Source of the DNA: Minisyncoccia bacterium
Lineage (GTDB): Bacteria > Patescibacteriota > Minisyncoccia > Phycocordibacterales > UBA2100
DNA length: 64,000 nucleotides
Assembly: GCA_049297775.1 (NCBI GenBank)
Contig: JBAQUX010000025.1
Location: forward strand, 58,835 to 122,834
Reading direction: 5' to 3'
Part shown: one piece after another, positions 20,059-30,900 of the stretch
Numbering within the stretch: the stretch's first letter is position 1
Layout: every line of letters begins with the position of its first letter
The notes under the pieces: model-generated
Told to the model about the DNA's origin: nothing
What the model saw: the letters and a program-made list of their open reading frames with translations, nothing else
The model's database searches: none
Translations under genes and position numbers: made by a program

Positions 20059-20541
20059 CTAATTCAGTAACGTCCCCAACTCTGCATCTACAATTATCAC
20101 ACCTTTTTTCTTCAGCCTAAGCACAACATCTTTCAAAGACGATCTTGAAAAATACATCTCCTGAAGGACAATTTCATTTCCATTCTTTGCTTGAATTACA
20201 AGACTGTCACTACCATACGATATTACATGTGTCGGACCGTATGTCACACTACTTACTTCACTGAACTGCATTCTTCGCATAATCATGAGGTACTTTCTTT
20301 CATATATACCTGTTTCATCTACCCCGACTCCATCTAACTTTAAAATTAGATGGAGTAGTCCAAAAATTAACATGCACAACGCAGAGATAACAGCGCGAAA
20401 TTCCATTGTGTTTGGCTCAAGAAATAACATTGGAATTATAATGAACCCAATAATTGGTAAATATTGTACTGTTTTGTAGTAGTTGTAATACATATTTTTA
20501 TTACTTATTTTTTGAAGGTGGTGGAACAACAATAACTCCAC
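20059..20541 (-). CDS. Putative immunity protein for orphan toxin cassette CT1 (membrane protein)
   Basis: Lies immediately 3' of cassette CT1, with a hydrophobic TM segment (LPIIGFIIIPMLFL...ISALCMLIFGLLHLIL). The probable start is the MYYNYYK Met (~20493), which avoids overlap. Confidence 0.5.
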   Translation of the reverse strand: MELLLFHHLQKISNKNMYYNYYKTVQYLPIIGFIIIPMLFLEPNTMEFRAVISALCMLIFGLLHLILKLDGVGVDETGIYERKYLMIMRRMQFSEVSSVTYGPTHVISYGSDSLVIQAKNGNEIVLQEMYFSRSSLKDVVLRLKKKGVIIVDAELGTLLN

Positions 20542-21533
20542 TCCATGTAGATACAGCGCCGTTCGGAAGCGTCCATAATTGTGTATATGGATTTTGAATT
20601 TGTTGTTGCTGATGAGTATTTCCAGGTGAAGAAAGTATATTTTGCGTTACGACCGAAGTTGACGATCCAAATATTTCTCCTGTCATTTTTTCAAGAACCT
20701 TCTTAGAGGCGGGGACCTTGCCAACGCCCCAACTAAAGAAACCACCAGTCACATAAGTTGCACTTCCTGATAATGCAGCTTTTTTTATGTCTGGGTATTC
20801 TCCATTTAAAGCGTCCTGGGCAGCAGAGCCGAAAGCAGATGACACAGCTGTTGCTACTTTATATGAACCAAGGAACGCCATTGTAGTTCCACCAATTACA
20901 TCTCCGGCAACATATGACATCGGAGATGAAAGATTGTCTGTAAATGCATTTTCTCTTCCATTTGCGCGATTGTTGATTACGTCCCCTGTGTATGTTGCGT
21001 AGCTGTTTACTCCAGCCCCTATGATAAAGAGGCATGGGATGAGCGCCGGACCTGCACATGTTCCATTTGGATCAGTATACTTAATTGGATTATTTTTTGC
21101 GTACGAATACAGATTTTGCTGCTGAGGATCAAGGAGCAACTGTTGCGAAATATTATTAATCCCCAGTGTCTGAGCCACCGGATCCTGACTCACAAACTGC
21201 CCCGTACTTGGATTGTAATACCGTGCGTTCAAATATGAAAGCTGTGCAGTATCATCGTAGAGTTCTCCTATGTACTTGCGCTGGGTATCAAATGAGGTGG
21301 CTTTGGTGTTTTGTCTGATGTCACCGTAGGGATAATAATCAATCGTTTGCACCTCATTCGGTATGAGTGGTCCTGGTGGGACTACCGCTACGGTACGGGT
21401 TTGGGTGACTGATTGTCCGCCACTGTCGGTTGCCGTGTAGGTACGCGTGTAGGTACCTTGTACTGCAGTGTTTACGGTTCCAGTCACTGTTGGAGTAACC
21501 GTGCCGTCTTCTGTGTCTGTGGCGGTTGCGCTG
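20501..21533 (-). CDS. Orphan RHS C-terminal toxin cassette CT1 (silent; no ATG; in-frame homology to the RHS core end)
   Basis: 21178..21533 is near-identical to 25611..25960 of the main RHS gene (...TVTGTVNTAVQGTYTRTYTATDSGG...YYPYGDIRQ...ARYYNPSTGQFVSQDPV). Then comes a divergent NLYSYAKNNPIKYTDPNGT demarcation and a Gly-rich hydrophobic C-terminal domain. The frame opens after a TAA with no ATG; the track's 'M' is a GTG. Confidence 0.7.
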
Positions 21534-21642
21534 GGGTTGGTGAGGGGTTAATGAGAAAGAACTATCGACCGTGAGTGAATTATATCATTTGATAAACAAG
21601 GTTGAGAATAGGTTTTCTATTGGAAATATGATGACTGTCAGA

Positions 21643-22098
21643 TTATTTATTTTTACCGTCAAAAAAGGACTGCCATTTTAAAAGCCATGTATCCATATTA
21701 TCGTAACTATCCCGATAAAGCTTAAATTGCTTCACCGCTTCTGTATCTCTATTTAAAATTAAATTTGTGTAAAAACCATTTTTCGCAACCTCTGGGTACC
21801 CTAGAAACATCTTAACAAAGGGGTATATCTCTTCCAGGTTGTCGACAAGATGAATCTTCCAGTCTGGCGGTATCGAATCATCAACAACGTCGAAGCAATA
21901 TGCATACTCAAAGGTAAGTCTGTCCAACAAATATTGAATACCACTATCAAAAAAACCAACGGCAAGCACATTATATTCTTTGCCGAGCTCAACGCCAGCA
22001 AACATTTCTTCAGGGATGTGACTTCGCCCATTTCTGTCAAATTCAGAAGTATATTTCGCAATTTCGTCCCGATTCTTTCTAGCAAGTCTAACGCGCAT
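21643..22098 (-). CDS. Putative immunity protein for orphan cassette CT2
   Basis: 151-aa acidic cytoplasmic-type protein immediately 3' of CT2 (the usual toxin/immunity arrangement). Confidence 0.45.
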   Translation of the reverse strand: MRVRLARKNRDEIAKYTSEFDRNGRSHIPEEMFAGVELGKEYNVLAVGFFDSGIQYLLDRLTFEYAYCFDVVDDSIPPDWKIHLVDNLEEIYPFVKMFLGYPEVAKNGFYTNLILNRDTEAVKQFKLYRDSYDNMDTWLLKWQSFFDGKNK

Positions 22099-22107
22099 AA
22101 TTGTAAT

Positions 22108-23048
22108 TTAATTATTAATAAATTTAAAATCATCAACTTTAAATATCCCATTCACATTTAGGCCATTGAAATGAATCTCGACTTTTCCACCACCACTCCC
22201 TGAATATTCACGAGAATATGAATACTTATCCCACCCCTGCCACCTACCATCTTTCAACTCACTCATGATTTTTTTTCCTGACATCGGGTTTGACATGACC
22301 TCCTCCATAGAAAGCTTTTCTTCAAGACTATTGGCGACAGTTCTTCCGGTAGAACCCAAACCAGCAAACTCAGTCTTTGCCCCCATAGTTGCATTTTTAA
22401 TAGTCTTTCCATTTGTCGCAGAAAACCTTCCCGCTGAGCTCGACCCCTTGCCGGCCACCCCTGTAGCTAACCCAACCGCAGTATCACCAAGAATACCTCC
22501 CAAAATCGCATCTTGTTCAGCATCAGTACCGAAGAAGAAATTCTGTGTGGTTTGACTTCCTTGACCAGTTCCAATACTTTGCACACTATTAGATATCTGT
22601 CGTCCAACTGCTTGCATCGTACTGGATGCACCGTTGTTGTACACATTTGATATGAGAGAAAGAGTGCCTGCGCCTGTGCCCCAAATAGATCCTCCAGTAT
22701 TTTTTGCGGTACCTGAGATGGTAAACAACCCCGACGGATCCTTACTCCCTATCGGATTGTTCCCTGCATACGAGTAGCTGTTGAGACTTTGTGGATTCGC
22801 AAGGTTTTGTGATTGCCACCAAAACACCGGATCCTCACTCACAAACTGCCCCGTGCTTGGATTGTAATACCGTGCGTTCAAATATGAAAGCTGTGCAGTA
22901 TCATCGTAGTATTCTCCTATGTACTTACGCTGTATATCAAATGAGGTGGCTTTGGTGTTTTGTCTGATGTCGCCGTAGGGATAATAATCAATCGTTTGCA
23001 CCTCATTCGGTATAAGTGGTCCTGGTGGGACTACCGCTACGGTACGGG
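22108..23048 (-). CDS. Orphan RHS C-terminal toxin cassette CT2 (silent)
   Basis: 22826..23048 is homologous to the main gene's core end (VVPPGPLIPNEVQTIDYYPYGD...SEDPV). It then has SYSYAGNNPIGSKDPSGL (PxxxxDPxGL-type demarcation) and a unique Gly/Ser-rich C-terminus. No ATG (GTG at NEV). Confidence 0.7.
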
Positions 23049-23159
23049 TTTATCATAGTTAATTTGAAAGAACATTACGGACTTACATCTTCGACTTGAA
23101 GGCCGTAGGTATAATTTCTTATATACGAATCAGCAACGTTGTGACTATCGTATATTTTC

Positions 23160-23765
23160 CTACCACCATTTTATTTTGCTTGGCATTATCCCGTCCGAAT
23201 TAGAAACCTTAGCAAAGGTTAATTTCATTTTCTCAGAAATGAGGTCATCAATCATTCTATGTGTAGAAGATGCATATACACCGCATGGTTCATTTTTCAC
23301 TACAAGCAGTTTTCCATTTTCATCTACATATCTCGGAGCCTTGCCATTTTCATACGGCACCTCAATGAAACAGTGCTGGGAAAGCAAGTCGTCTTTTGTT
23401 AATTCTTTATGTTTGATTGTCTTGAAATATCCATCGAGCCAACCTCTTCGATTGCAAATCTCAGGGTCAATAAGTAAATTATTCTTATCAAGAACCGGAT
23501 CTGATTCAATTTCTTTTGTAATATGATTATATATGTACAAAAGAAAATCTTCACCCTTTGACATAGGACCTTGCCAATCCTCTCCCAAAATAACTCTTCC
23601 GTAAATATACCCGAGATACTTATTCTTAAATACAAAAATATCACCCACTTGCGGCTTCTTTCTGCTCACACCTAAAAAATCCATATTTATATCGTATTTT
23701 CTCATTTTATTTTCCTTTAGTTTTCTTTGCTTCCTGTATAATAACTTGCTGGCCCCAATTGACAA
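23160..23765 (-). CDS. Putative immunity protein for orphan cassette CT3
   Basis: Immediately 3' of CT3. The likely start is MRKYDINMDF (~23705). The C-terminus ...MPSKIKWW is shared with the remnant at 19905..20035. Confidence 0.45.
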   Translation of the reverse strand: MSIGASKLLYRKQRKLKENKMRKYDINMDFLGVSRKKPQVGDIFVFKNKYLGYIYGRVILGEDWQGPMSKGEDFLLYIYNHITKEIESDPVLDKNNLLIDPEICNRRGWLDGYFKTIKHKELTKDDLLSQHCFIEVPYENGKAPRYVDENGKLLVVKNEPCGVYASSTHRMIDDLISEKMKLTFAKVSNSDGIMPSKIKWW

Positions 23766-24587
23766 CTTCTTGATATATTGGGTTTTTGAATGAGATACTG
23801 CTTATTAAATTTTGATAGGCACCTCCTCCAGCAGTAATAAAAGCCTCTTCTACGGCGCGTGCCTGGTTGCGAGTATCGAAATCAGTAAATTTTTGCAATC
23901 TATCGAATCTTCCTCCATGCTGAAATTGTCTTTTAGCAACATCTTTCGCAATACCAACATACCTTTCGACACCAGCAATTAATCCTTTGTAGACAGATGC
24001 AGGTTCGCCTTTCATTAAGAATTCAGCAGCCTCCTTTGAAACTTGAATCCCTCTTACTGTGACAGTATCCAAACTTTTTTCGGCTACCTTTTTTTCCGTA
24101 CCTCCAGTCATAAAACCAGCTACAAATAATGCATTTTCAGCATTTTGCGTAGGAGACTGTTGATATATATTTGAACCAACGGGCTCTCCACTTTCAAAGT
24201 CTGGCATGAGTAACCCGCAGGCAACAGCCATTGCAACCGTTGAACACCGACCACTCGAATCTTTCCTCCCTATCGGATTCCCTCCAGCATAGCCATAACT
24301 ATTCTGTGCTTGTGGCTGTTGCACTGCTTGTGCACCGTCTTTAGTAAGTCCAAGTTCCCAAAACACCGGATCCTGACTCACAAACTGCCCCGTGCTTGGA
24401 TTGTAATACCGTGCATTCAAATATGAAAGCTGCGCAGTATCATCGTAGAGTTCTCCTATGTACTTACGCTGTATATCAAATGAGGTGGCATTGGTGTTTT
24501 GTCTGATGTCGCCGTAGGGATAATAATCAATCGTCTGCACCTCATTCGGTATGAGTGGTCCTGGTGGGACTACCGCTACGGTACGGG
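23707..24587 (-). CDS. Orphan RHS C-terminal toxin cassette CT3 (silent)
   Basis: 24369..24587 is homologous to the main core end. It has a QNSYGYAGGNPIGRKDSSGR demarcation and a unique ~200-aa C-terminal domain. An in-frame stop lies upstream with no ATG. Confidence 0.7.
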
Positions 24588-24665
24588 TTTGTCATAGTGA
24601 ATTTGAAAGAACATAACGGACTTACATCTTCGACTTGAAGGCCGGTAGGTACTTATGACTAAATT

Positions 24666-24932
24666 TTAAATAATTAAAATTTTCCAAAAGCCGTAGAGGG
24701 AAAGGCTGACAGATGCAACACCTATTACAAGCCATTGAATGCCTAATGAGTATCTTGTGTATGCGAGCCTCCATTTCGGCAAGCTTAAATATGATTCATT
24801 AACTGAATTTTCTTTTACGGATTCGATATTATTTATATAATATTTTTTTGACCATAGCGTACTGAAACCTATGTAACAAAAATATACACCAATTAAAAGG
24901 AGGGCGAGAGTCATGTATACGGTTGAAGACAT
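24666..24932 (-). CDS. Small 2-TM membrane protein, putative cognate immunity protein of the full-length RHS toxin
   Basis: 88 aa, two hydrophobic helices, starting 30 nt after the RHS stop on the same strand. Confidence 0.5.
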   Translation of the reverse strand: MSSTVYMTLALLLIGVYFCYIGFSTLWSKKYYINNIESVKENSVNESYLSLPKWRLAYTRYSLGIQWLVIGVASVSLSLYGFWKILII

Positions 24933-24962
24933 GTTGTAATATAAATTAGTTTCTAAATAATC

Positions 24963-27900
24963 TTATTTCTTCTGCTTCTGCACGTTCAGCATACCGCTTG
25001 AATTACGCTGATAACTAGCTCCGTCCTGATTCACAGTTTCGGGCAAACTGCTGGTATTCTGCTTTGCATTATTTTGTGAGCTGTTTTGCTGCTTTTTATC
25101 ACGATCATCATTGTAAAATTTAGTTAATTGAGGGCCCATGTAGTGATCCATAACATCTAAGATTGTTGGACCGATTTCAAGGATAAGTTTCTCGCCAATT
25201 TCTTTTGTGGCACTCGTCGCACCTCTGAACATGAGATCAATTCCGAGAGTTATGCTTGTATCCTTTTTTTGCTGCTGAGTAAAAAAGTTTGGGTAATCGT
25301 AATATACTGTTTTTAGGTCGTAAAGATTTACTAATGTTTGGGCGCCTGAGTAGACAGCAATGATTGGCAAAATTGGTATTGCCTCGCCACTTCTATCAAA
25401 ATTTTTAATTGGATTACCAACACCATATGCATATGCATTAAGAGCTTGCGGATTAGTGAGGAACTTTTGAAGGGTTGCGACGTCATCGTCGTTATTATTT
25501 CCTGCTGTTAATTTTTTTTGTATTGTTGGTACGTTTTCAAATAGCCTACTACTGGATTGAATTCTGTTTAATGACTCTGTAAGAGTAGGTGTGCCTAGAG
25601 ACAACACTACCGGATCCTGACTCACAAACTGCCCCGTGCTTGGATTGTAATACCGTGCATTCAAATATGAAAGCTGCGCAGTATCATCGTAGAGTTCTCC
25701 TATGTACTTACGCTGTATATCAAATGAGGTGGCTTTGGTGTTTTGTCTGATGTCGCCGTAGGGATAATAATCAATCGTCTGCACCTCATTCGGTATGAGT
25801 GGTCCTGGTGGGACTACCGCTACGGTACGGGTTTGGGTGACTGATTGTCCACCACTGTCGGTTGCGGTGTAGGTACGCGTGTAGGTACCTTGTACCGCAG
25901 TGTTTACCGTTCCAGTTACTGTTGGAGTAACGGTGCCGTCTTCTGTGTCTGTGGCGGTAGCACCACTGTCTACATAGGTTGAACCTTGTGAGACGAGTGT
26001 TGGGTTGGTGCCACTCAGCGTGAGTACTGGTGGTGTGTTGGTTTGTGGTGCGAAGATACCCGGGATTTGGGATTGGGTCAGCCCAGTGCCGGCAAGAATC
26101 TTTACTTCATCGAGTGTTCCTTTGTGATATGACCATACACCTCCCGTGTTTGATTTGCCAAGGTAGGCAGTGGTGCCGGTGAATGAAAGGTTGGTTACTT
26201 GGCTTGGTGTTGAAGATGACTGGAGGACGTTGTCGAAGTAGAGCTCGATGGTGTTGCCACGTCTGAGACACACCATGTCGTGCCAATTATTGTCATACAC
26301 AGGAACGGTTGACGTATTGAGTGTTGTGCCACCTACGTGACAATTACCCTGCATATTTGAGTTTACATACATGTAGATATTGCTGTAGTTGTTTACATCG
26401 GTGCCCTCAAAGAAGAGCGGGCTACTTGCGTAGTTGAGTGGCCACACTGTTTTGAACCGTACTGCAACAGTAAAGTCTGAAGTTGCAGGACTATATGGCG
26501 TGAAGGCAAGATTGTCTGAGGTGCCATTCAAGTACGCTGCGGTATCTGCAGTACCTTCCTTTCCTGCTACTGATGTGTACCCATTTGAAGTAAGTGGATA
26601 CGTACTCGTGTTTATACTATTCTCTAATTTACTTGTACTTCCTTGTGCTCCCGTGTACTTCCACTGTACGAGCGGTGTAGGAATAGTGTCGGCTGGGTTT
26701 GGAGCACGAACGATTACAGTGCGTATTTTGGTGTCGGTACTTCCACCACTATCTGTAACGCTATATGTCTTAACGTACGTACCTGTCGTGGCGGTGTTCA
26801 CCGCACCTGTTGTTACGATACTTTGTGTCAGTGTGCCATCTTCTGTGTCTATTGCACTTGCTCCTTGCTCCGTGTATGTCGCATTCTGTGCAACGATTAC
26901 GGTAGACTCACCGATTACAGATACTTTCGGTGGCCTATTGTATTGCACAATGTCTGACGTGATTGCGGATGATGAACCAAGAGTATCTGTATGCAGATAG
27001 TACGGTGTTACCGTAGTCCCAACTGTTTCTATTGTGGCTACTACTGTATCCCCTGCAAATATGTGCTTTGTCTTTTTACCTGTCGAATCTTTGTTATAGA
27101 ATTTGTTTGGATATTTTGTAGTCAGTGTGCCACTTGTGTGACTCACGCGTTGCTTGCTTGTGTCATAACCGTATGTTGTTGTTACTCCACCTTTTGTAAC
27201 ACTCGCGAGCGTATTGTTGTAATTCCACACATACGTACGAACGCCATCACTCACGACATTTCCGTTATTGTCATACGTGTAGGAACTTGCACCTATGGTA
27301 GTTACTGCATGTGGGTTTGCATATCCCGTACCTGCATAGCTATATGCACCGGTATCAGACTTATTGGTGATACTACCCAGTGCATCGTACGCAAATGTAT
27401 GTGCATAGTTTGTTCCCACGAGGGCGTTTGATGCTGTCGCACTCGTTAAGCGGTATAGGTCGTCATAACCCAACGCAAGGTTCTTCTTTGTATTGGTATC
27501 AGAAGCATCACCTATTGCCGTAATGTTACCTACGGCATCATATGCGTATGAGAGATACTGGTATGCCTTTGACGTGTAGGTTGTGAATGTTCCCGTAGTG
27601 CTCCAGTCAGTCTCAGAATTTCCGGTTGTCCAGAATTTAATGCGCCAATAGTATTTGGTGCCATTAAACGTGAGCGGTGCACCTGCGTACACTATGTCGC
27701 TGGTACGCGCCCCAAACGATGTCGCAGAAAGCGATGTACCTGCGGCGCCCGAATCCCACAGTATGCCAGTCGAGAAATCTGCACTCGTTGCAACTTGCAT
27801 ACGATATTTATGTGCGACTGTTCCTGATGCACCGAGATTAAATATACCTGAGAAAACTGGCGCACCACATTTTAGTTCTACTGGATTTAACGCTCCATCT

Positions 27901-30900
27901 TGTGCGGTTAGGCACCCTGAGTACAGATAACTTTGCACAACCTGTGGCGTGGTTACTACAAAATAATCTGAGCCGTCACTCCATGGACCTTGTGTACCTC
28001 CTGTATCCCAGAATCGTATTCTCCACAGATATTTAGTGCCGTTTAACTGCAACGCAGTGCCTCCGTACGTAATGTTTGGCGTCCTGTCACCTTGGTTTAA
28101 GAGAGTTGGCAGTGCGGATTTCTGTGAATCCCACAATGGTGTTGCCCAGTTTCCACCTTCAGGGATAACTTGCACTGCGTAATGCGCACCGCTGTCTACC
28201 AGGTCGGGGTCATTAAATGTTGCCGTAAATTTTGGAGTACCGGTGGTTACTGTTGTTGGATTACTTAAGCTTTCAACTTTTAAATCTGTTGCCGTTGGCG
28301 GAATTGTTGGAAGTGAGTATGTTACTTCTAGGTATGGGTCAAAATCAGTGCCCGTATACTCTGACATTCTGAATGCATACGAATGAAATCCGGAAGTTGG
28401 AGGTACGTTGTCTTTATCGTATCCCGAGCGTAAACCAATTTTCGTCCAACCGGTAAGATTAATTGAACCGATACCAGTCGCATTAAGTGCAAAAGTTTTC
28501 CAATCTGGCGATGTAAATGTTCCATTTGCAGAATTTACACGAGCACTTAACTCAGTTGTGCCAGACTGATCAAAGTCATTCAGTACGAGCGCAGTTGGTG
28601 ACGCCTGTGTTGTAGGCACAACTACAAGATACGCATTTGGGTCCCATGCGTAGTTTACATATGTCGAGTACAGCTTTAAATTTGCACCTGTTATATTCGC
28701 TGTATCAGGAAGCGCATCTGTATTAAAGGGAACAAACAAGCGCTCGATAGTATCTGAATATTGTGCATTTGAAGCAGTTGGACCGCAACTTGACGTGCAC
28801 GGATATGCGCCGACACTTGCATCGTGTGAGTCACTCCATGAATTAGTTGGAGAATAGTTTCCTACTGCCCCATCAGCAATGTCAGAAGAGTAACTCAAGA
28901 TTGCGTCTGTAGTTACCGGGTACACTGCCTTTACTAACCATTCTTTTGGAATATGTTTTGTTAAAAGATATCCTCCGGGAACTTTTGTATACTCAACTGT
29001 TATTTGAAGCTTCTTATTTTCTGAATCCCAAATTTTTGGTGCGAATATATATACAGAATCTTCACCTTTCAGGAGCCGTGCATTTGCAGTAGTACTCATT
29101 GTGTCTTTTATAGATGTGTCACCAACCAAAAGCTCTACATCATCCTGCACGCGCAACATAAACGATACATCGTATGTTGCATCTGCATCATTTAGATTTT
29201 TTAATGCATCTGCATTTTGAATTACTACGTCTTTTGCGACGAAATTATTGTCTGCGCGAAGCACTATATCTATCCCGTCACCATACGCATTTTTCTCTCC
29301 AATTTCTCGCTCTTCCTTTTCAGTACGACTTCCCATCTTCCCGTTTTTTTCTCGTATTTGAGCACTCTTTGTTGCATTTGAATTTCTAGACTTCTCGTAT
29401 TGAGACTCAATTGCAACCGCAAGCTTTCCTACGGTAAAGGTTGCGAGTTCTACACTTATGTCTGTCTTAATATCGAGAGCATATCTTGCATCTCGAACCT
29501 TATACCCTTCTGCATCTTTGCGAATGCGTGTATCTATTGGCTGTAATTTCCCTTCAGCATCTTTGTAATGCACTGGTGCAGAAAATAATCGTGTTACTCG
29601 TGTTTCGTTTCCTTGTTCATCTCTTCCAACACGAATCGTGTAGCTATTCTCAGTTCTTGCTTTTTCAATCTCGGTGTCGTCCTTTGTATGAACTAGTGAA
29701 AGTAATTTTGGAAAATCTTCCGTATTCGAAGGCTTTTCTACAACCACTTCAGGCTTTTTTTCTACAACATCCGTAACTATTTCTTTCGGAGTGTCGGAAG
29801 TGTTTTGTTCATCCGGAATCGTAGGCGTTTTGATAGAGTCAGACACTTCCTCTGGTTCTACTGCAATCTCAGGAAGTGGACTTTGTGGTGCCGTAATAGC
29901 CTTAATTTCTTCTTGTATCTGCACTTCTTGCACCTCTGGAGAAGCAACCACTTCCTCAGCAAGCGGAACAACGAGAGACTGTTCTGCTGGCACGATTGGT
30001 ATTTCAGCAACAGGTGTAACATCCTCAGCTGGCGGATCAATTGTAGAAATATTTTTCAAGCGATACATCTCATTTGAGTCGTAGGTGTGGTATGTCCACG
30101 TATTGTTGGCGAGTTGCTTCAAGGTAAACTGACCGTGCGGACCATAATCATAATTTGAGACCACATCAACCCATGTACCACCCGATTCTTTTCGTTGGAT
30201 TTTCTCAATCCTTCCCGTCTGGTTGTAGGTATATTTTACTTGTGCACTGTCTGGCGTAGTAATCGTAGATATATCTCCTGTTCGAGTGTAGTCAAAGTTT
30301 GTCGTGAATGTTTCTCCTCCGATAACTCTTTGCTCTTCTGCGACGTCACCACGAACCGTGTATGTATATGTAGACGTTGTTGTACCGCGCGTAGCTGTAC
30401 TTAACCTGCCTTTGCCATAGGTTCCTATATCATACGTATAGCTTGCTTCTATTCCTGAAACATTTGTTGCGTCTTCTGAAGTTAGTCTATCGAGTGCATC
30501 GTACGCATAGTTTACGACTGTTCCTGACGGTTGAGTTTCTTGAGTTTTATTGCCCTGTGCATCGTACACAAAATTCCAATTGCCAAAAGTACTGTCTGCA
30601 GGTGCATGCAAGTCTTCTGCACTTGTTCTGCGGTTTGCTTTATCATACGTGAAGGCACGAACATTTCCTCCGGCATCTTGTATAGTACTCAGATTATTTT
30701 TTGTATCGTATGTGTATGTGGTGACATTTGGTGTTGAGCCAACAAATTCTGTCACTTTGTATACACTGCCACGCGCATCTGTTTCATACATTTTTTGTTT
30801 ACCTTTGGCATCAACTATCGTCTTTTTCCAGTCCGTGTAGCTTGTTGCTGTCGTTCCAAGTGCATTTACTGAGCTCACGACTCTATTTAACGCATCGTAT

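Noticed and set aside
20501-24540. Orphan cassettes as independently expressed genes starting at the ORF-track 'M'
   Set aside because: The 'M' codons are GTG within the homology block (NEV / TVT). In-frame stops lie just upstream and no ATG or SD is present, so they are interpreted as silent recombination cassettes.
29700-30100. Repetitive low-complexity nucleotide stretch considered as a possible CRISPR or tandem-repeat array
   Set aside because: It encodes the Pro/Glu/Val-rich linker of the RHS protein in frame. There is no regular repeat-spacer periodicity.
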